Shown: piece by piece, positions 54,395-64,000 of the stretch
Position numbering within the stretch: the stretch's first letter is position 1
How the letters are laid out: the number at the start of each line of letters is the position of its first letter
Origin: Eledone cirrhosa
Taxonomy: Eukaryota
NCBI GenBank assembly: GCA_964016885.1
Contig: OZ024741.1
Coordinates: 113,522,001-113,586,000 of the forward strand
Length of the DNA: 64,000 nt
Direction of reading: 5' to 3'
Program-made: the position numbers and the translations under genes
The notes under the pieces: model-generated
What the model was told of the DNA's origin: nothing
The model's input: the letters and a program-made list of their open reading frames with translations, nothing else
The model's database searches: none

Positions 54395-55160
54395 TATTAT
54401 CCCACCGAGGTTAACTTTGTCTTTCATCCTTATGGGGTCGATAAAATAAAGTACCAGTAATGCACTGGGTATTTGCTGGCCTTGTGCCTAAAGTAGAAAC
54501 AATTATTATAACAGTTATTATTATCGGTAGAGCGTCAGACACCATGCTTTGCAGCATAGAGTTATGAACCTTTATGGTCTGAGTTCAAATCCCGCCGAGG
54601 TTAGCTTTGCCTTTCATCCTTCTGGAGTTAATAGAATAAAGTATGAGGTCAAATACTGGAGTTGATGTAATCTAACTTGCTCTCTCCTCAATTGCAGGCC
54701 TTGTGCCTAAATTAGAAACCATTATTAATTTTTTGTAGATTGGCAGTATCAGTAAAGTGTCAGGCACATGCATTGTGGCATATAGTTATGAGTTCAAACC
54801 CTGGGAAAGTTAGGCTTGCTTTTCAGCCTTTCGGGGTCAATTAAATAAAGTAGCAGTAATGAACTATGGTTAATTTAATGGACTTTTCCCCCACAAAAAA
54901 AAAAAATGTTGGCTCTGTGCCTAAATCAGAAACAAATATCTTTTTAGATTTAAGGGTGGTAGATCGATAGAATTGCTAGGATATTAGAGAATATGTTTTG
55001 CATCATTTGTTTCAGCTCTTTACGTTCTGAGTTCAAATCCCACTAAGGTCAACATTGCCTTCCAGTTTCAATAAAATAAAATACCCTTTCAGTTCTGGTG
55101 TCGATATAACCAGCTTCCTCTTCTTCCAAATTGCTGGCCTTGTGCTTATATTAGAAAAAA
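54395..55160 (+). mobile_element. Head-to-tail array of four group 2 SINEs
   Basis: Four successive GCCTTTCATCCT.../GGCCTTGTGCCTAAA.TAGAAAC units. Confidence 0.85.
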
Positions 55161-55759
55161 AATTATTTTTATAGATTTAGTGACCAGCTTGGTTAAATGG
55201 TTAAAAGGCAGCTTATTTCACACTCGTGATTCATCTTAATGAAGTGTCTTTTAGAATTATTAATCTGTTAGATATATATCCAGAAATATAAATATAAATG
55301 AATGTCGCACTACAATGTTTGTTATTGAGAATTTCATGTATAAATATTGGCATTGTTATGTAGGAAGGATAATAACTCACCATCTGGCATATCTTGTAAT
55401 ATAATTTATGGCATAGTGTGAGGTGATACATTTAAGGAGATAGAATAGTTGATTAAATTGATTCCACTACTTGACAGCTACTTTATTTTAACAATTTCAA
55501 AAAGGATACAAAGCAAAATTGACTTGATTGGATTTGAACCTATAATGTAAAGAGATTTAACCCTTTGTTACAATACTTCTTATGACACTGCTTATGATTT
55601 TCAAATCATTTTGAAAATAATAAAAAAATAATTGGAGGGATCTAGTAAAGTGATTAATTGTTAATCATTTATATAAAATGATGAAATTGAAGAATTCTTG
55701 AAATACACTGGCCAAATAACATTCTATATCTCTTTGAATTATTGTTTTCTTTGACTTTA

Positions 55760-56002
55760 CCCTTTTCCTTAACATATTTCTAATGAAAGGCACTGCCTAT
55801 GATTTTGAAAATTATCAAGAATTTACATGGATTTAGTAATATAACTAATTTTGTCATTATTAAGCTCATGTTAGGAACAGCTTTACCAAAGATGTTACAT
55901 CAAATTATGATGGAAACTTTTCAGATAAATAAAACACTTTAAAAGGAGCAGTTTTGTATTGCAAAACCAGGGGTAGTTTCAGGTAGATTGTTAATGAAAG
56001 GG
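55760..56002. mobile_element. piggyBac-like MITE
   Basis: TTTA|CCCTTTT...GAAAGGG|TTAA termini; body similar to 51682-51918. Confidence 0.7.
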
Positions 56003-56621
56003 TTAACAAAATAATGCATTACATTTTGTCTGACACATTACCAGTTGCCCGATTCCACTACTCTCATCCTTTGTAATATAAGTGTATTTGAAGGAAAAAA
56101 ATGTTTAAATTCATTGGCATCTGTGTTGAATGCTAAGAACTTTAACCCTTTTGGTATCAACCTATCTGAAACTGACTTGAATTTATGATACAAAACTGAT
56201 TGATATAAAATAATTTTTACTTATATTAAAACCATCCATCATAATTTTATCTAAGAATGTTGTTAAGTAATGTTCTAAACATTGGCTTACTAAGAAAAGA
56301 GTTTTTCGATTAAATTTCTTCAAATATTTGATTATAGCTTCAAATCGCTAGATATATTTTGTTCCCAGGTTATAAGTATTATTTCCTAGTTTATTATATC
56401 CCATTATTATGGAAATATACTATTATTTAATCAGAAGTTTGGATTTGTGGTCAGAAGTTTGATATTTCAAAATGTTCATATTTTTCAAGAAAAAACACAT
56501 TTTTTTTAAATTTATCAGTTCATATAATTAAATCAACAGAGTATATATTTATTTTATTACACAAGCTTATCAAAAGCAAACAAGTAAAAACAAATAACAC
56601 TTATAAAGCAACTTATACACA

Positions 56622-57690
56622 TCAGAAATGACTGGATTTCCTGGATTTGCGCTTGTAGTCCAGGTCGCATTCCCGCACTAGCCCCCAGATATAGTCCCCC
56701 ATCATTTTTTCATTGTAGTGGCCCTGGTACCTCCGCTCTATCTCTTTCACATCTTGGTGGAATCGTTCGCCTTGTTCTTCTGAGTAGGCGCCTATATTAT
56801 CCTTGAATTTTTCCAGGTGAGAGTCCAGCATATGGAGTTTAAGCGACATCCTGCATCCCATGGCGCCAAAAGCCTTTATCAGATCCTGCACCAGTTGCTG
56901 GTAGTTTTCAGCTCTGTAGTTGCCCAGGAAGCCCTTAACAACTGCCTTGAAACAGTTCCATGCTGTTCTCTCAATCCTATTGAGCTTATTGGAGAGCTCG
57001 GTAACTCAAACACCTTCTTTATCTGAGGTCCAACAAAAATTCCACCTTTGATTTTGGCCTCAGATAACTTGGGGAAGAACTCAAGAAGGTACTTAAAAGC
57101 GGCTGATTCTTGGTTGAGAGCCTTCACAAACTGCTTCATCAACCCCAACTTAGTGTGCAGTGGCGGCATGAGCACAATCCTGGGATCAACCAGTGGCTCC
57201 CACATGACGTTCCAGGTCCCAACTACAAATTCTGTTCACTGCTCCCAGTTCTTTCTTTTCTAGTGGTCAGAGGTGGCTCTGCTGTCCCAAAGGCAGAGGA
57301 AGCATTGGAATTTGATAAAGCCTCCTTGGAGTCCAAGCAGGAAAGCCACCATCTTGAAGTCTCCAATGATTTCCCAATTGTACTGGTTGTATTGCAGAGC
57401 TTCCAAGAGGACTTTTACACTGTAGTAATCTTCCTTCAGGCAGACTGAATGTGCTAGGGGCAGTGTCGGGAACTTGTTTCCATTGTGGAGGAGCTGTCTA
57501 TAAATAGCCGCCACTCCTTGGGCACAAACGGCACCCCAATAACGTCAAAAAGTCCAGGCGCGTCATGGCAGAAGCAGAGGCCATCCCTAAGAGTGTAAAA
57601 GCCTGAGAAAGGTTTGTGTTGACTTCTCTGACTTGTCACCTACACTTCCTCCTTGACCAAGTTCCACTGCTTCATCCTGGAGACGAATGC
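56622..57690 (-). pseudogene. Decayed DNA-transposon transposase, Chapaev/CMC-like
   Basis: Frameshifted pieces: WRLFIDSS, IIGDFKMVAFLLGLQGGFIKFQCFLCLWDSR, PPLHTKLGLMKQFVKAL, MSLKLHMLDSHL and EEQGERFHQD. Superfamily assigned from memory of these motifs. Confidence 0.7.
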
Positions 57691-58872
57691 TTAAAACACA
57701 ACTTACCCTTTATTCAGGGTGCGAAAATCCAGTATCAATAAATCTCTTTAATCCACTTTTTAACAATTTTATACTGTATTGCACTTTTATAATTTTCTTT
57801 AGGTATTACTCTTTATTTTATAATTTTAATTTAACCTGAAACATATATAAAAAAATCATTTAACATAAGCAAATTAAACTTACAGTGTATTTCTTAATAA
57901 TAAAAAGGTTAACCCTTTTAATACCAAATGCCTTCTAACTGCTCCTGGTGTTATGATATGAAAATCTTTATTTTAAAGTATTTATATTTGTCTAAAATCT
58001 TTCCATCATAATTCCAAATATTAGCTTAATAAGGAGGAAGCTAGTTATATGACTAAATCCCTCCAAATTTAAAGGAAGAAATAATTTTTTTTTCTGTAGA
58101 ACCTCCTTGTTGCTGGTGCACTGATAAAATTCATCCAGTACACTTTGTAAAGTGGTTTGTGTTAGGAAGGGCTTCAACAGTTTGAAAGGACTCTTCAGTT
58201 GTGTCAAGAACATGACAACCTCCCTAGTGTCACAATAACATGCACCTAGTACACCCTGTAAAGCAGTTGGTGATAGTAAAGATATCCAGCTGTAAAAACC
58301 ATGCCAAAACTGGGACGTATATAAGATGTTGATCCTGACTCATCTTAGGGGACTTGGTTTGTGGCAACCTTTCTAACCAATGGCAGCAAAGAAGAAGAAA
58401 CATTAAATGATGATGGTGGTTATAACGATGATGGTAGTGGTTGTAGTGATATAGCTCATGTGTAAACAATTTTAATAATTGAGAGAATGTTAAGATCTTT
58501 AATAGATTAAAATTTAATTCTCAATATAGTAGACTTAGAGAGTGAAATAACTGATTGGGCTAACAACAATTTCAGTTGAAGCTTATTGAAGAATAATTTT
58601 TACATAGTCAGGATTTCTCAGAGGTAATTAGTTAGAAACTGTCAGTAAGGATTAATTAGTGACAATCATTTTATATTTAGTTTTTAATTCTTTCTTTAAA
58701 TTAGCTGGATTGCACTTAAATCTTAAATAGGGTTCTTCGGTTTCTTTGTTTAGTTCTTTGATTGGAGTTCGACATAATGATATGTTTGAATATATTATTT
58801 CTACAGGATTAGAACCTTTTCATTTATAAGAAATCATCAGGAAAATCATGATGATTTCTTTTAATATACATA

Positions 58873-59176
58873 TCTATATATATAAAACTGAGGATGTCTG
58901 TCTGTGTGTGTGTGTGAGTTTGAATCCCTAAAACTCGAGAAACACCCAACTGACTGTTTTCAAACTTTACACATGTAATACTTATGTTTCAGGGAGTGTA
59001 CTGAGCAAAAAGAATTTCAAATTTTCAAAGCCCTAGGGACCGCATTAGGCGATTTAGCGATCTCTCTCTATAATTCTTAGTCTTTCTCTTTTTAGATAGA
59101 TACATACATATAACGTCGCGCCCTTATAATATCTGTCTGGATGTCTGGATGTCTGCATTACGTCACTTCCCTGAGG

Positions 59177-59215
<39 letters not shown>

Positions 59216-59790
59216 AGTGAGTTTGAATCCCTAAAATTCGAGAAATACCCAACCGACCTTTTTCAAACTTACATGTGTATTACTTATGTTTCAGGGAGTG
59301 TTATGCACATAAAATCCACTTTTTGATCCCCTGGGTCCACGTAAGGTGAAAAACTGCGTTTTTTCAGGTTTTTAGGGTTTTTTTTAGGCGTTAAGTCAGA
59401 CCGATTTCTTTGAAATTGTAACTAAGTATTAGTCAGTCTCTTCTTCATACCGTGAGCAAAGAAAATCCAACTTTTTTATGGCTTAGGGCCCGCATTAGGT
59501 GAAAAACTTAATTTTTTTCAGCTTTTTAGGGCTCTTTTGAGGCGTTAAGTCTAGCCGATTTTCCCGAAATTTCAAGGCATATTATGCACATCCCCTAGGG
59601 TCTGCATTAGGTGAAAACCTGCATTTTTCCTCCTTCATCGAGTAAAATCTTAAAGATTATCCTGCCATTAGAGTATTCGGTTTATTTTCTTTACATATTG
59701 TCCAGGCATGCAGTTTTTCCACGATTAGGTATGTTGGCGGCCCGCGTTCCAAAATACCTTATCCCGTGCAACGCCGGGTACCACTGCTAG
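58873..59790 (+). mobile_element. Non-autonomous Helitron
   Basis: A|TCTATATATATAAAACTGAG start; CCCGTGCAACGCCGGGTACCACTGCTAG|T end (same hairpin as 5285-6153); internal duplications. Confidence 0.87.
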
Positions 59791-61989
59791 TAAATATTAT
59801 AGAAAGGACTTCTACAGAGTTAGAACTGTTTTATTCATAAGAAATCATCAGGGCTCACCTGATTATTCCTTACATAATATATATATATTATTTCATATAT
59901 ATATATATTATTTTGTGGTGTTGTTGTAGTAAATTTTGTTATCTGTAACCCCAAAATAAAAAACGTTGGTGTTCAAAATTTACAACAACTGCATGCCTGT
60001 GGCTGGAGACAATAGGATGCTGAAAGAGAATATAGTGAGATAAAATTCATCAATACAATATTTGCTATGGAGATGAATGAAATACCTTCTTGCACTGTAA
60101 ATGCAACAGTTTCTGTGTACTTTTAAATGGCTGTCTCTTCCATGATGTAGTTGTTTCAGTTTTTACATATAGTCTCAGATAAAATCACTTACTAAACAAA
60201 TACACTTCAGAAATCTTTTATATAAAATGAAGGGATTGAAAAATTCTTGAAATATACTGGCCATATAATATGCCATAACTCTTCAAATTATTGTTTTCTT
60301 TGACTAAATCCTTTCATTACTATATGTAATTATGTCTGAGTGGTGTAGAGATTTCTAAAGCATATACATTTGTGTTTGATACCACTGCATTGCACTTTGG
60401 GGAAGTATCTTCTGATTTAGCCTCTGGCTGGCCATTGCCATGTGAGTGAATTTGTTAGTTGGAAATTATGTGAAAGCCTATTGTTTGTGTGTTTATGTAT
60501 GTCTTTGTCTCCAAAATTCTGTTAAGTCAGTGAATCTCTACCATACTGAAAATATGAGTTAGCATCAGTAAAAACTTGCCATGGATAAAGTAATCAAGAT
60601 GCTGGTTTCTAATGAAAGATGCTCCTATGACTTTCAAATAACTTTGAAAATAATCAAGAATTTGGAGGGATTTAGTAATATAACTAACTTTCTCATTATT
60701 AACTTGATGTCTGGAACATTACTTAATAAAGGTTCTTACAGAAAATTATATATATTATATATATTATATAAATATAAACACTTTAAAAAAGGACTATTAT
60801 GTGACATACAACCAGGAAGAATTTTAGGTCGTTTATATTTAAAGGATTTAATGAATGATGAGAAAAATACACGGGAACACCTATTGCTTGAATACTTAAT
60901 AGTAATTAAGATGATAGATATAAATTTTCATTCCATAGTCCTATGATACAAAACTGTTTATTTTAAAGTGTTTATATTTATCTTAAAACATTTTATCATA
61001 ATTTTATGTAAGAATTTTATATTCCAAATACCAGATTAATAACGAGTAAGTTATATTACTCAATCACCCCAAAATTCTTAATTATTTTTCAAAATGATTT
61101 AAAAATCATAAGCAATGTCTTCTATTAGAAATACAGTAAGGAAAAGGGTTAATTGTTTAAAATTACACCTTTAGTGATGGAGATAATCATTTGAAAAAGA
61201 AAGTAGAAACAACCACTAAAATGAAATGTCAAGTCCATTTGCATTCTATAAATCTCATTTGGCATTGAAAAATCGTTTGAGTTGTTGATAGAATGCCATT
61301 AATAACAACAGAAAATATATACAAGATTTTTAAAGTGTCAATAGAATAGAACTTTTGTATTCTACATCTTTTCTCTTTTTAAATCTTAATCTCAAAATCC
61401 CATTCCTTCAGGGCATGTTTGTGTGTGCACGTTTATGTCTGTGTATATCTATATATACATATGTCATCACATCATCATCATCATTGTTTAACATCTATTT
61501 TCCATGATGGTATAGGTTAGATACGTTGGAATGTTGTGAGTATAGATATGTCAGGTGACCATGTCTTACTTATACAATCCAAATTGTAGCTTGGTTTTCT
61601 GTCTGGCTGCATTTTTTGTTGCACTAGCAGTAGTTGACTTACAGGGACAGAACAACAACAATCTCATTTTAGATCGATATTTATAGACAAAATAATTTAG
61701 TGGATAATAGTTTATGGATAATCATTTTAAATCCACTGTAGGTGATTTATCGAGACAAGACACTTCATTCCACATGCCACAGTTTAATTTGAGAAGAATA
61801 GGTAGCCAGACCTCTGAGAAATGTAATTGTTTTTTTTTAAATTTACATGTATATTTACCTGAATGCTAAACTCCACCTTGTAATGAAAGGACCTCTATAT
61901 GATAATTTGATGTTCTAGAAATAACAGATCTTCTTAAACAAAATCATATATTCACACAATATTCATAAAAACCCATAAACCATATACTT

Positions 61990-62206
61990 ATTGACACACA
62001 CAGTATTCTCACATATTATTCACATACACTCACATATTACCATATACTCATATATTTACACTCACACATGAACATACAACATATGCTCACATATTCACAC
62101 ACGCACACACAAACACACACACACACACACACCATATTCTCACATAGCATTCATGCATACACACACCATATACTCACATATCCACACATACAACATATGC
62201 TCAAAT

Positions 62207-62247
<41 letters not shown>

Positions 62248-62930
62248 ATATTCTCATAATATTCACACACACAATAGATTCACACATACACATATGTAAC
62301 CACATAACATTAACATATCAAGATAAGTTTTCTTTTATTTCTGATAAGTTGTCATATTTTTTAACATTCTCTCCACCTTTAATCCTCCATCTTAACACCA
62401 TGCTAAAATGCATCAGGTTTTGACACTGATGGCCCTCAGTGCTTAAAGTATCATGGTTTTCCTCCTTCACCTTTACTAGCATGGTTAGTGGGGGGTGACA
62501 GTGGCAGTGGTAGATTTGTTAGTGGTTGTGGTAGTGATGGCAGTGGTGGTGGTGGTGACAGCATTGATGGTGGTTGTGGGACAGTGGTGTTGGGGGTGAT
62601 AGCAGTAATGGGGCCAGCTTTGATAGTGGCAGTTGTTGGTGATGGCAGTAGTGCTGCAGCTTTTTTAGTGGCAGTGATGGTCGTGGTGGAGCCGGCATTG
62701 ATGATGGTCATGTGTTTGTGGTGTTGGCAGTGGTGGTGATGGCAGTGGTAGTGGTTGTGGTGACAGTGGTGATGATGACAGTGGTAGTGGTTTCGGTGGC
62801 AGTACTGGTGATGGTGGTGGTCGTGGTGGTGATGATGGTGGTGGTGATGATGGTGGTGGTGGTGTCGTGGTCGTGGTCGTGGTGGTAGTGATGGTGGTGG
62901 TTATGGTGGCATTGGTGGTGATGTGGTTGT
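61990..62930. repeat. (CA)-rich and (GGT/GAT)-rich low-complexity tracts
   Basis: Direct inspection. Confidence 0.9.
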
Positions 62931-63189
62931 TTTATACATTTCAAAGATTAAATAAATATTCATTCACAAGTGATCGTTATATACTCCATCTCCAATCCTT
63001 GAAAAACAATTTTTTTTTTTATTCTATTAAGTGACTGTTCATATATTTTCTCTATATGACATGCATATCTTTTCTTTTTAATCTTATTTTCACTTCTACT
63101 CACAATGTGAACAGATCTGAAAATTGAAACATTTACTTGAAATACAACAACATGTGTTTTAAGGCAATTTTCTCTGCTAATGCAGAGAT

Positions 63190-63540
63190 TAACCTTGCAG
63201 GGCTCCACGACAAGCTTCTCCTCTGTGTTCTATCACTTGCATCTCCTTTTACTAACCCCTTGGCTTTCATTTATATTAATGCCATCATGTTTAGCCATGT
63301 CTTTCCCAGGTTTTCTTTTTTTTCTATTTCCTTCTGCATTTATTTCTTCATTTCTAAAACTCATCTCACCCAGTCACTTTCATCTTTCCTCAACACATCA
63401 CCCAGCCATATCATTCCATTTCTCTTCATAACATTCATCACTGGTTCTATTCCTATCATCCAGTTACTTTCATCTTTCCTCAACACACCACCCAGCTATC
63501 TCATTCAATTTCTCTTCACAACATCCATCACTAACTCTGT
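63190..63540 (-). mobile_element. Old RTE C-terminal fragment with a ~75-bp tandem duplication
   Basis: Minus strand reads LRKDESDWVR...EGNRKKRKPGKTW; the block CCAGT.ACTTTCATCTTTCCTCAACAC..CACCCAGC occurs twice. Confidence 0.55.
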
Positions 63541-64000
63541 TACTAATATTTACTTGAAATATTGATGGCAATTTTTTGGTATTTCTTTTGTGAATGTCTT
63601 AGGAATTGATATAATGTTGCAATAATACTGAGATATCTAGTTATAAAAAGAGAATTGGAATCTGCACAAGATGTATGTTCTCTCCTGCCAACTGAGGAAC
63701 TGGCAATGAAAGTACAACATCAGCAAACATTTAAAACCATTTTCCGAGTGAAAGCAAGGGTTAGCCCTGATGGCAGGTTTCATACTCATGGGAAACATTT
63801 TAAAGTAATGTTTCGTGGCTGGATGCTCTTCCTGGTACCAGTTGTTTTAGTCACCTCTTATGACATGCAAGGATACCATGTACCTACTCAAAACTTGACA
63901 CACACAGTATTAAATGCTTAGTTTAGCTTAGAAGCTCCCATATTATGAGGTAGCTAAAGTGCTCCAATGATTGCAGTTAGTCGCATCTATCAATACATTG

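Noticed and set aside
55229-55303. Possible decayed hammerhead (TTAATGAAG...GAAATATAAATATA)
   Set aside because: Two core mismatches and no convincing stem II in very AT-rich DNA.
59995-60045. RML-containing stretch as a candidate exon
   Set aside because: No acceptor, and an in-frame stop follows within a few codons.

Overview
AT-rich, microsatellite-dense animal genomic DNA. The repeat families look cephalopod/octopus-like; this is an inference and was not verified. The window is almost entirely intronic. Only two host exons are recognisable (15877-15990 and 24169-24303, + strand, both phase 0, AG/GT flanked), and they encode the zinc-ligand and catalytic-Tyr region of an M1 aminopeptidase. 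The rest is transposon-derived: many RTE-clade LINE copies (one family has a PHD-type finger inside ORF2; a second, GC-richer family is nearly intact), CR1-like LINE pieces, two tRNA-derived SINE groups, five non-autonomous Helitrons, piggyBac/hAT/pogo-like MITEs and a decayed Chapaev-like transposase. The most unusual signal is a set of fold-back palindromes and inverted/direct repeat units carrying minimal type I hammerhead ribozyme motifs of the Penelope-like kind. The best is a ~375-bp hairpin at 49814-50188 with a core-intact hammerhead on each arm. Most other ORF-track entries are microsatellite artefacts or antisense shadows of LINE ORFs. Repeat boundaries are read by eye and approximate.
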